Assembly (NCBI GenBank): GCA_964345395.1
Contig: CAYFRA010000001.1
Location: 29,897-77,488, forward strand
Direction of reading: 5' to 3'
DNA from: an uncultured Paludibacter sp.
GTDB lineage: Bacteria > Bacteroidota > Bacteroidia > Bacteroidales > Paludibacteraceae
DNA: 47,592 nt
Numbering within the stretch: position 1 is the stretch's first letter; each line of letters opens with the position of its first letter. Positions 1 through 8,005 of this stretch are shown here, piece after piece. The notes beneath the pieces are model-generated. The model did no database searches. It had not been told where the DNA came from and saw only the letters and a list, made by a program, of their open reading frames with translations. Made by a program: the position numbers and the translations under genes.

Positions 1-281
1 ACACCAAAACTCCCAACCACTACATGATAGCTTTTAGAAAAAGCATTTTGATTGGTTTCACCCGAAGCAAGCTTAAAACTTTCATTGATTGTTTTCTCTG
101 CAACTTCTGCTTTTGGAGTTTCGATTACCGTTTGAGTGTTTTCAACAACTGGTTTTGTTTGAGTTTGAACTGCTTCGATATCTGCACCTGAGATGGTTAC
201 AATTTTTTGTTTTGACTTACAAGATGTTGCTCCAGCCAATAATATGACTGTAATTGCTAATAAACTAAGAATTTTTTTCAT
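1..281 (-). CDS. Lipoprotein, N-terminal part only (gene runs off the left edge); possibly SPOR-domain protein
   Basis: ATG at 279-281 (rc). My translation is MKKILSLLAITVILLAGATSCKSKQ..., with a lipobox LAGATSC. The frame is open to base 1, and the last residues YHVVVGSFG resemble the start of a SPOR repeat. Confidence 0.5.
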   Translation of the reverse strand, partial: MKKILSLLAITVILLAGATSCKSKQKIVTISGADIEAVQTQTKPVVENTQTVIETPKAEVAEKTINESFKLASGETNQNAFSKSYHVVVGSFG

Positions 282-307
282 GTTTTTATATTATTAAATT
301 GTTATCA

Positions 308-315
308 CAAAATTA
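308..315 (-). promoter_or_regulatory. Bacteroidota-type -7 box (TAATTTTG on minus strand)
   Basis: Plus-strand CAAAATTA is the reverse complement of TAnnTTTG. It lies 27 bp upstream of the ATG at 281. Confidence 0.4.
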
Positions 316-521
316 AAAAAGAATTTCGTATTAAACCAATTTCCTTATTATTCATTAGGAGATACAAAGATGTGAAGAATTATTTTTATAGACAACAAAA
401 CACTTATAATTTTGCATTATTTAGATGTAGCGATTGATGCCTAAAACGTTAAAAACATAATTAAACTATTCAAATTTCTAAAAAAAAGGAATTTGAAAGT
501 ATTTTTCCATTATAAAACACC

Positions 522-529
522 TATATTTG
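522..529 (+). promoter_or_regulatory. Bacteroidota-type -7 box TATATTTG
   Basis: Exact TAnnTTTG match 14 bp upstream of the ATG at 543. This would give a very short leader. Confidence 0.35.
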
Positions 530-542
530 CACTAATTTTATA

Positions 543-794
543 ATGTATAAAAGTATGACCAATATAATAGTTCCTATAATCTTAGCGATTATTATTGTTT
601 TATTTGCTGTTTTTATTTTGGGATTTCGAGTTTTCTTGACAAAAAAAGGAGAATTTCCAAATATCCATATCGGTGGAAGCAAGCCACTTGCCGAGCAAGG
701 CATTAGCTGTGCTACAACCCAAGATAATGATGCTCAAAAAGATAAACAAAGAATTGATGTTACAAAACTTTTAAATGAATTTGATAATCAATAA
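543..794 (+). CDS. Small single-pass membrane protein, function unknown
   Basis: 83-aa ORF with one strongly hydrophobic N-terminal helix (IIVPIILAIIIVLFAVFILGF) and a polar tail. I recognise no family. Confidence 0.45.
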   Translation: MYKSMTNIIVPIILAIIIVLFAVFILGFRVFLTKKGEFPNIHIGGSKPLAEQGISCATTQDNDAQKDKQRIDVTKLLNEFDNQ

Positions 795-848
795 AATGTT
801 GATTATGAAGAACATTTGCTCACAAAAAAATTAAACTCAGAAAATTTT

Positions 849-1448
849 ATGAAAAACTACTTACTCGTTTACAATGTTATTCTAACCATTGCGGTTATTG
901 TTTTATTTATTTTAGTTTTAGGAAATAAGAAAAATATAGCCTCAGAAGATTCACTTGTAGCAAATGATAGCATCGAAGTTGCTAAACTTCCAATAGCTTA
1001 TATTAATATCGATTCTCTATTACTCAATTATACTTTTGCTAAGGAAGCTAATGAGAATTTAATGAGTAAGCAGGAAAACTCAAAAGCAACACTCAACTCA
1101 AAAGCCAGACAGCTACAAAATGAGATGGATGAATTCAATAGAAAATTAGAGAACAACGCTTTCTTAAGTCGTGAAAGAGCGGAACAAGCTCAAAGAAGTA
1201 TCTTGCAAAAACAACAAGATTTACAAAATATGGAGGGTAGGTTATCTCAAGATTTAATGGAAAGCCAGCTTAAAGTAAGTGAGCAGTTGCGAGACACGAT
1301 TGAAAGTTTCTTACAGATTTTCAACAAGGGTGGAAAGTATCAAATTATTTTGAGCAACACATCCAATGATAACATCTTATTTTCAACATCTGGTTACGAC
1401 ATTACGGAAGAGGTCATTGTCGAACTTAATAAGAGATATAAAAAGTAG
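849..1448 (+). CDS. OmpH/Skp-family periplasmic chaperone
   Basis: The track ORF starts at TTG 816; the in-frame ATG at 849 gives MKNYLLVYNVILTIAVIVLF, a signal anchor. The body is a long coiled-coil rich in Q/E/K/L (AKEANENLMSKQENSKATLNSKARQLQNEMDEFNRKLE), typical of OmpH. A strong terminator follows. Confidence 0.75.
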   Translation: MKNYLLVYNVILTIAVIVLFILVLGNKKNIASEDSLVANDSIEVAKLPIAYINIDSLLLNYTFAKEANENLMSKQENSKATLNSKARQLQNEMDEFNRKLENNAFLSRERAEQAQRSILQKQQDLQNMEGRLSQDLMESQLKVSEQLRDTIESFLQIFNKGGKYQIILSNTSNDNILFSTSGYDITEEVIVELNKRYKK

Positions 1449-1478
1449 GACAATTCAACGTCAGATACAGATTAAAAA

Positions 1479-1516
1479 ATCGCAGATTGATTTACTCAAT
1501 TTGCGATTTTTCTTTT
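1479..1516 (+). terminator. Rho-independent terminator after ompH-like gene
   Basis: ATCGCAGATTGA-tttac-TCAATTTGCGAT forms a 12-bp stem with one G-U pair, followed by TTTTTCTTTT. Confidence 0.8.
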
Positions 1517-1579
1517 AGATGTGATTGAGTAAATCCTGCTCATATAAAGTAAATCAAATATTTATTCCTCAAAATTTTG

Positions 1580-1587
1580 TATTTTTG
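1580..1587 (+). promoter_or_regulatory. Bacteroidota-type -7 box TATTTTTG
   Basis: Exact TAnnTTTG match 26 bp upstream of the ATG at 1613. Confidence 0.45.
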
Positions 1588-1612
1588 TTGATTAAACTAA
1601 ATTCTTTAGAAA

Positions 1613-2641
1613 ATGATTTCAGATATAATAAAAAAAACAGAGGTAGAAAGTGCTCAAGAAGAGATAGAAGAAGCTTATAATATTGTTATCGTATCGCATT
1701 ATGGTCCTGATGGCGACTCCTTAGGATCATCTTTGGCGATGTGGCATATTTTAAAAAACATGGGTAAAAACCCTAAGGTAATAGTTCCAACTCCACCACC
1801 TAATTTTTTGACGTGGATGCCAGGTGCAAAGGATATATTGATATATGTTTTTGATAAAGTAAAAGCAGATAAGTTAATAAAGAAAGCAGATCTTATTTTG
1901 GCATTGGATTTCAACACACCATCACGCTTAGTGATGATGGAAGATTCTGTCACTCAATCAAATGCCAGAAAAGTACTTATTGACCACCATTTAGATCCCG
2001 ATTACTCATTTGTAAATGTTGTGGTCTCTTACCCCAAGATTTCATCAACCAGCGAATTGGTGTTTCGATTGGTAAGCCAGATGGGCTATCAAGCTCACAT
2101 CGATATACAGGCAGCCCAAGCAATATATACGGGTATGATGACCGACACGGGTGGGTTCACATTCAACTCCAATCAAAAAGAGATTTATACCATCATCTCA
2201 AAATTACTCGATTTTGGGTTTGACAAAGACGATATTTATCGTAAAGTTTATAATACTTTTTCAGAGAACCGTATGAGGCTTCAGGGTTATTGTATTTATA
2301 AGAAAATGAAAATTTATCCTGAGTTTCAAACTGCACTGATAACACTCACCAAAGATGAAATGATCGAATTTAATTATGAAAACGGTGATGCTGAAGGGTT
2401 TGTAAACATACCATTGTCGATTGACAATATTGTTTTTTCTGTATTTATGCGAGAAGACTGGGATAAAATCAAAGTCTCACTCAGATCGCAAGGTTCATTC
2501 CCAACGAATAAGTTTTCGGCTGAAGTTTTCAATGGAGGTGGACACTTAAATGCGTCAGGTGGTGAGAGTTACACTACTTTAGAGGAGGCAGTTCAAAAAC
2601 TCGAAGAGGCTCTACCTCGATTCAAAGCATATCTTGAGTAG
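1613..2641 (+). CDS. nrnA: DHH/DHHA1-family phosphoesterase (oligoribonuclease / pAp phosphatase NrnA-like)
   Basis: Motifs HYGPDGDSLGS, LIDHHLD (DHH), MMTDTGGF and C-terminal GGGHLNASGG (DHHA1). Length is 342 aa. Confidence 0.85.
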   Translation: MISDIIKKTEVESAQEEIEEAYNIVIVSHYGPDGDSLGSSLAMWHILKNMGKNPKVIVPTPPPNFLTWMPGAKDILIYVFDKVKADKLIKKADLILALDFNTPSRLVMMEDSVTQSNARKVLIDHHLDPDYSFVNVVVSYPKISSTSELVFRLVSQMGYQAHIDIQAAQAIYTGMMTDTGGFTFNSNQKEIYTIISKLLDFGFDKDDIYRKVYNTFSENRMRLQGYCIYKKMKIYPEFQTALITLTKDEMIEFNYENGDAEGFVNIPLSIDNIVFSVFMREDWDKIKVSLRSQGSFPTNKFSAEVFNGGGHLNASGGESYTTLEEAVQKLEEALPRFKAYLE

Positions 2642-2686
2642 AATTTTATATTCATTTTTAAATAAATCAAGCAATATCTATTTTGA

Positions 2687-3790
2687 ATGCAAGCAAACAG
2701 GGACCCATACGATACAATTACAACAGAGGGAATCAAATATACTGGTTCTAAAAAACGTATTATTCCCTATATCTTAAACATTGTAGATGAATTAGATGGC
2801 ATAATTTCGGTTTTAGATGGCTTTAGTGGCACCACACGCGTATCACAAGCATTTGCTCAGATGGGTTACAACACCACCGCCAACGATATTTCAATTTGGT
2901 CAGAAGTTTTTGCTAATTGCTATCTCAAAGCAGATAAACCTGATAGCTTTTATCAAGAAATTATCAACCATTTGAATGGATTAAAAGGAGTTGAAGGTTG
3001 GTTTTCGGAGCATTATGGTGCAGAACTTGCTGAAACCAAAAGACCTTTTCAACTTAAAAATACCCGAAAGTTAGACTCCATAAGAACCGAAATAGACAAA
3101 CTTGATTTAAGTTGGATTGATAAGAGCGTTATACTGACAAGTCTTATCCTCGCTTTAGATAAGGTAGATAGCACAATAGGGCATTTTGCAGCCTATCTAT
3201 CAAAATGGTCACCACGATCTCATAAAGAATTGATACTTAAGCTTCCTCGTCGATTTCCTCTGAGGAGTGTTAATCAAGTAATTCGCGATGACATTTTCAA
3301 CACACTTAGTAAACAGCAATTTGATTTGGCTTATTTCGATCCACCATATGGCTCTAACAATGAAAAAATGCCATCGAGTCGGGTGCGTTATTCGGCTTAT
3401 TATCATTTTTGGAAAAGTGTTATACTAAATGATCAACCAACTCTTTTTGGAGTGGCCAATAGACGTGAAGATAGCAGGGATTTGGTTTCTGCATCTGTTT
3501 TCGAAGAGTTCCAAAAGAATGAGGCAGGTGATTTTGTTGCTATGAAAGCCATAGAAAAATTAATTAGCCAAACCAATGCTCGTTATGTTTTATTATCATA
3601 TAGCTCTGGAGGTAGGGCAAGCAAAGAACAGTTGCACAATATATTAAATCAATCTGGAGAACTATTAGAAAGCATTGAGATTGATTATCAAAAAAATATT
3701 ATGTCTCAAATGACATGGTCAAATGAGTGGATTAGTAAAGAGAAAGAGTTGAAGGAGTATTTGTTTTTGCTAAAAAAACAAAGGGCTTAA
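2687..3790 (+). CDS. N6-adenine DNA methyltransferase (D12/Dam-like class, DPPY motif), apparently orphan
   Basis: N-terminal YTGSKKRIIPYI, SAM motif LDGFSGTTRV, and catalytic FDPPYG about 170 aa downstream, which is an alpha-type motif order. There is no nuclease-like neighbour. Confidence 0.8.
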   Translation: MQANRDPYDTITTEGIKYTGSKKRIIPYILNIVDELDGIISVLDGFSGTTRVSQAFAQMGYNTTANDISIWSEVFANCYLKADKPDSFYQEIINHLNGLKGVEGWFSEHYGAELAETKRPFQLKNTRKLDSIRTEIDKLDLSWIDKSVILTSLILALDKVDSTIGHFAAYLSKWSPRSHKELILKLPRRFPLRSVNQVIRDDIFNTLSKQQFDLAYFDPPYGSNNEKMPSSRVRYSAYYHFWKSVILNDQPTLFGVANRREDSRDLVSASVFEEFQKNEAGDFVAMKAIEKLISQTNARYVLLSYSSGGRASKEQLHNILNQSGELLESIEIDYQKNIMSQMTWSNEWISKEKELKEYLFLLKKQRA

Positions 3791-3828
3791 CCTACTTTTG
3801 TCAAACCCTCATATTTTTTTAATACAAA

Positions 3829-4464
3829 TCAGAGTTTAGCTTGAAAAGCCTCAATATATTGCACAATTAATTCAAAAGCTTTATCCAATCCAATTTTGCC
3901 TGTATCAATTGAGAGATCAAAATTATTGAGATCATTCCATTCTTTGCGTGTAAACTTTTTAATATAAAGTGAACGCTCTTTATCTCCAACAGAAATTTGA
4001 TTTATTGCTTCAGTTTCTTCTATCCCCCTTACTTCCATCAATCGTTTTGTGCGAATACTTGAATCGGCATGAAGATGAATTTTGATAGCATTAGGGTATT
4101 TTCTTAAAACATAAAAAGCAGCACGCCCCACAATAACAGAGGCTTTTTCCTTTGCAATCTCTTGGATAACTTCTGATTCAGCTTTGAAAATCATAGCGGT
4201 AGTAGGTCTGAAACTACCAACCGCCTCGCTATAAAACTCATGAAGTCCGGTATTGGTCCAAAAGTTTTCCCAGAAAGAACTGATGCGTTCTTCGTGAGGT
4301 GCAACATCGGCTTCAAATACAGATAGCTTTTCAGCGGTAAGCTTGATAATGGTTTGATTGGCATAAAACAGATTAAAGTGTTCGGCTATTTTTTTACCAA
4401 TATATGCTCCTCCACTACCTAATTCTCTGCTGATGGTGATGATTAATGAGTTTGGTTGTTGCAT
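3829..4464 (-). CDS. Cytidylate kinase-like family protein (P-loop NTPase of unknown role)
   Basis: N-terminus ITISRELGSGGAYIGKKIAEHF, a GSGG P-loop variant typical of the cytidylate_kin2-type family. Length is 211 aa. Confidence 0.65.
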   Translation of the reverse strand: MQQPNSLIITISRELGSGGAYIGKKIAEHFNLFYANQTIIKLTAEKLSVFEADVAPHEERISSFWENFWTNTGLHEFYSEAVGSFRPTTAMIFKAESEVIQEIAKEKASVIVGRAAFYVLRKYPNAIKIHLHADSSIRTKRLMEVRGIEETEAINQISVGDKERSLYIKKFTRKEWNDLNNFDLSIDTGKIGLDKAFELIVQYIEAFQAKL

Positions 4465-4700
4465 AACAGATTTCTTTCTTTTTAGATTAAATGTATTAAA
4501 CAGCTATAAAAGATTTAGAATTGATAATGCTAATTATAGACACATAGTTCTTGAATTTATTAGCAATATTAGGTGCATATTCCATCATATATACCTTTTC
4601 ATCGAAATGAAAATAGTGAAGCCCAAAGATTTACGCTTTAAAGATAATCATTTAATATTAAAAAAGCAATATTTATTTAATAATTTATCTATTATGGTCT

Positions 4701-4731
4701 AAAATAAAAAAGTGAGCTAAAAGCTCACTTT
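4701..4731 (-). terminator. Rho-independent terminator overlapping the ftcD stop codon
   Basis: The minus-strand RNA is AAAGUGAGC-UUUUA-GCUCACUUU followed by UUUAUUUU. The ftcD TAG (4717-4719) sits at the top of the hairpin. Confidence 0.75.
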
Positions 4732-6426
4732 AAGTCTGTTTTTGATAATCTCTAAAATCTTGGTTTCCCGTTCTATAACTTCGGCTTCAATATTTTCAGC
4801 TTCTGTTATCATCATTTTAACATATGATTTATCTTCTAAGTCTAATCCATTGATTCGAACATTCATACCAGCACCTAAAACCGCTGTTCGGATTGATAAA
4901 GCACCAACACCAGCATCCGAAATAGAGTTAGGATTACCAATTTCCACCATTTTTTCAATCAAATCTAAAGCAGAAGCAGCCGATTTCATAACACGAAACG
5001 GTATTTCCATAGCATATTTAGTTGCATTTTCGATAGCTTCTTTGCGAATTTTCAAATCTTCATCTGTTGCTTTAGGCAGTCCAAATGCATCAACAATTTT
5101 ATTGTACGAACGAGTATCTTCGTCAATCAAGAACAACAACTCTTGCTGGATATATTTGCCTTTTTCTGCCCAATCCGAAAACTCTTCCCATCTATCATCC
5201 CAGCCACGTTTGTGCGCAGAGAGATTGGCAACCATAGTGCCTAAGGCTGTTCCCATAGCTGCGATATTAGCCGAAATAGAACCACCACCGGGAGTTACGC
5301 TATCAGATGCTGTTTTTTCAACAAATTCTGAAACACTCAAATCAACTAATCTCTTTTCACTATTATCTTCAATTAAATATTCTATGATTTTCTTCTTTGG
5401 GTCAAATGGAGATAATTCATCTAAGCCCATCGATTTTACGGCTATTTTAATAATTTCCTCATCAGAAATACCTACAGAACGGCGTTGCTTTTTCAAAAAA
5501 TATCTTCCCGCATCCAACATAACATCCAACGGAATGACGCCAACCAGCTCAGAACCAGTAACCCGAATTCCTCTCGCCGCAGCTCTTTCGCTCGATGCTT
5601 CAAAAACCTGATGGAGTGTAGTGGTTTGTGTATCTGTAATGTTGTATGAGAGTTGAGCCACACCATACTCTTCGATATACCAACCGATTCCTTTTACACC
5701 CTTAAGCAAACCGGGTGTGTAAACTGTATTGCCATTTTCATCTTTTACAAGTTTACCCGTTAATGGATTTCCTTCTCTTTTGGCTCTTCCCTTTTCTCTC
5801 ACGTCAAAAGCGATGGCATTCGCCCAACGTGTTGAGGTTGTATTGAGATTTACATTATATGCAATCAGAATATTTCTTGCGCTAACAGCTGTAGCACCTG
5901 CTTTTCTTGCAGTTTCGGTGAAGTTTGCAGGACCAAAATCAGGCACCCAATTGGGGTCACTCAATTTTTTTGGCAAACCTTCATATTCTCCAGAGCGACA
6001 ATTTGCTAAATTTCTACGCTTCTCTTCGCTTGCCGCAAATTCATAGAAATAGCCTGGAATGCCGAGTTCATCGCCAATTCGTTTACCTAATTTACGAGCA
6101 AATTCGACAGTTTCGTCCATTGTCATATTTTTAATGGGAATGAGTGGCAAGACATCTGTAGCACCAAATCGAGGATGCTCACCTTTGTGCTTACTCATAT
6201 CTATTAACTCCGAAGCTTTTTTTACTGCCAAAAAGGCAGCTTCGCAAACAGCGTTTGGCTCACCAACAAAACTTACAACTGTACGATTTGTAGCATTGCC
6301 CGGATCAACATCAAGCACACTAACACCATCTACACCTTTTACTTCATTTACAATCTGATTGATAATCTCTAAATTTCTACCCTCGCTAAAATTGGGTACA
6401 CATTCTAAAAGTTTTTCTTGGTTCAT
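4717..6426 (-). CDS. ftcD: Bifunctional glutamate formimidoyltransferase / formimidoyltetrahydrofolate cyclodeaminase
   Basis: ECVPNFSEGRN signature at the N-terminus. At about 570 aa it has an all-helical C-terminal cyclodeaminase-like half. The track start 6438 is TTG; ATG at 6426 gives MNQEKLLECVPNFSEGR. Confidence 0.9.
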   Translation of the reverse strand: MNQEKLLECVPNFSEGRNLEIINQIVNEVKGVDGVSVLDVDPGNATNRTVVSFVGEPNAVCEAAFLAVKKASELIDMSKHKGEHPRFGATDVLPLIPIKNMTMDETVEFARKLGKRIGDELGIPGYFYEFAASEEKRRNLANCRSGEYEGLPKKLSDPNWVPDFGPANFTETARKAGATAVSARNILIAYNVNLNTTSTRWANAIAFDVREKGRAKREGNPLTGKLVKDENGNTVYTPGLLKGVKGIGWYIEEYGVAQLSYNITDTQTTTLHQVFEASSERAAARGIRVTGSELVGVIPLDVMLDAGRYFLKKQRRSVGISDEEIIKIAVKSMGLDELSPFDPKKKIIEYLIEDNSEKRLVDLSVSEFVEKTASDSVTPGGGSISANIAAMGTALGTMVANLSAHKRGWDDRWEEFSDWAEKGKYIQQELLFLIDEDTRSYNKIVDAFGLPKATDEDLKIRKEAIENATKYAMEIPFRVMKSAASALDLIEKMVEIGNPNSISDAGVGALSIRTAVLGAGMNVRINGLDLEDKSYVKMMITEAENIEAEVIERETKILEIIKNRLKVSF

Positions 6427-6467
6427 TTTACTTTTCAAGTATTTAATAAAATTTCATTTTGCCTGAT

Positions 6468-6483
6468 TGGCAAGGTTTTTGCT
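6468..6483 (+). promoter_or_regulatory. Candidate sigma-54 (-24/-12) promoter element
   Basis: TGGCAAGGTTTTTGCT versus consensus TGGCACG-N4-TTGCW: GG-N10-GC spacing is exact and there is one mismatch in the defined positions. It points toward the OmpA-family gene about 320 bp downstream. Confidence 0.3.
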
Positions 6484-6737
6484 ACTATTCCTTTATCGGA
6501 ACAAGTTTATTAATTTCGATACAAATATCGTAAGATTTTATCATATTATTGCATTTTAGAGAATTAAATAACTCTTTATTTCAATAATAATGAGTTTTTA
6601 ATGAACGAAAATAAATATTTGTTGTTTTACTATGTAATTAATGAGGATATTGGGCTATCAAATGAGAGTAAAACTCAATAATGTAGCTATTTGTGAATAT
6701 TATTTTTAAAAACATTTTTATATATAAAATATTATTG

Positions 6738-6745
6738 TAATTTTG
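6738..6745 (+). promoter_or_regulatory. Bacteroidota-type -7 box TAATTTTG
   Basis: Exact TAnnTTTG match 57 bp upstream of the ATG at 6802. Confidence 0.45.
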
Positions 6746-6801
6746 TATGAAAACTGATTTAGAACCAAAATATTAATTTATAATTTAATTAAAAAAAGAA
6801 A

Positions 6802-7914
6802 ATGAAAAAACTATTTTTAGCTTTATTAGTGGTAGTTAGCTTTGTATCATTTACAAATGCACAAACTACAGCAGTTGATGCTTCAAAATGGTCTGTAGCC
6901 GTTAAAGGAGGTCTTGACTATTTTAATGTAAAACCTTTTGGAAACGATCTTAAAGATAACTCTTCATGGGGTGCAGGTCTTTCAGTAGAGCGTACATTGA
7001 ATCCTTTCGTTGGACTTGGTTTAAATGTAGATTATTTGAACTATGATAGAGCAACAATGAACGGAGCAACAATTGACCCAACACTATTTGCGTCATTGAA
7101 TCTTTCAAACCTATTACAACCTGTACGCAAAAGTGCAAAAGTAAATGTTTATTCTAATTTTGGTGCAGGTGCAAGTACTGCATTCCCTATTGCAGCGGTT
7201 GGTAAATTAAGCCCAGTTGCTTACAGCTCTTTAGGTGTAGAAGCTAACTTAACCAAACTTCTTGCTTTAGGTTTAGAAGCTGGCTATCGCGGATATGTTA
7301 CTCCAGACAACCAGTATTTAGACTACAATGATGTTTACACATTGATGGGATCACTTCGTTTCAAACTTGGTGCTGACCACGTTCGCAACATGACTCGCAA
7401 CGACTATGCTCCAATTGAAAACTTAGTACAAAACATTGAAAACCCATTTGATGATAGCGCTATTATGAATCGTCTTGACAATATTGACAAACGCATTCAA
7501 GATCTTCAAGGTAAATTGGGTAAATTAGAAAGCGACCTTAAAGACTTAGCTGACAAACCAGCAGGTACTATGGTTAATGCTTCTTTTGACAAAATTGAAT
7601 TTGAATTTGATTCTTCAAAATTGACTTCAGAATCAACTGTTACTTTAGACCAAATTGCTACAATTCTTAAAGATAATCCAACTTGGAGCAATCTAATGAT
7701 TAAAGGACATACTGACAGTACTGGCCCTGATGCTTATAACCAAAAATTATCAGAAAGACGTGCAGCTGCAGTTAAAGAATACTTAGCTGGTAAAGGTATC
7801 AATGCTTCAACTATGCAATGTGAAGGTTACGGAGAAAGCCAACCAATAGCTACAAACAACACAGCTGATGGTCGCCAAGCTAACCGTCGCGTTGAATTTG
7901 AAATTACAAAATAA
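6802..7914 (+). CDS. OmpA-family outer membrane protein (N-terminal beta-barrel, coiled-coil linker, C-terminal OmpA peptidoglycan-binding domain)
   Basis: Signal peptide MKKLFLALLVVVSFVSFTNAQ. C-terminal region GHTDSTGPDAYNQKLSERRAAAVKEYL...NRRVEFEI. Confidence 0.85.
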   Translation: MKKLFLALLVVVSFVSFTNAQTTAVDASKWSVAVKGGLDYFNVKPFGNDLKDNSSWGAGLSVERTLNPFVGLGLNVDYLNYDRATMNGATIDPTLFASLNLSNLLQPVRKSAKVNVYSNFGAGASTAFPIAAVGKLSPVAYSSLGVEANLTKLLALGLEAGYRGYVTPDNQYLDYNDVYTLMGSLRFKLGADHVRNMTRNDYAPIENLVQNIENPFDDSAIMNRLDNIDKRIQDLQGKLGKLESDLKDLADKPAGTMVNASFDKIEFEFDSSKLTSESTVTLDQIATILKDNPTWSNLMIKGHTDSTGPDAYNQKLSERRAAAVKEYLAGKGINASTMQCEGYGESQPIATNNTADGRQANRRVEFEITK

Positions 7915-7937
7915 GAATAAGAAATTCTATTAAATAT

Positions 7938-7971
7938 AAAAATGGCATCAATTTCTTGGTGCCATTTTTTT
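7938..7971 (+). terminator. Rho-independent terminator after OmpA-family gene
   Basis: AAAAATGGCA-loop-TGCCATTTTT followed by further T residues. Confidence 0.75.
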
Positions 7972-8005
7972 GTCAAAAATAAAAATAATAGTACATGTTT
8001 CTTTA

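Noticed and set aside
4433-4702. 89-aa plus-strand ORF covering the intergenic gap between the cytidylate-kinase-like gene and ftcD.
   Set aside because: It starts inside the opposite-strand gene. The AT-rich-derived F/I/N/K/L composition shows no signal, TM or motif, and it runs into the ftcD terminator. It is more likely the promoter and leader region of the 3829-4464 gene.
4742-6358. Long plus-strand ORFs (289, 105, 69 and 99 aa) inside the ftcD region.
   Set aside because: They lie antisense to a CDS with unmistakable FTCD motifs. Their translations are low-complexity and S/A/I/L-rich with no motifs. These are typical shadow ORFs.
6601-6681. 26-aa ORF (MNENKYLLFYYVINEDIGLSNESKTQ) downstream of the sigma-54-like element.
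   Set aside because: It has no supporting features: no hydrophobic helix, no conserved-looking motif and no adjacent terminator. Such short ORFs are expected by chance in AT-rich DNA. It is mentioned only as a possibility under the sigma-54 finding.
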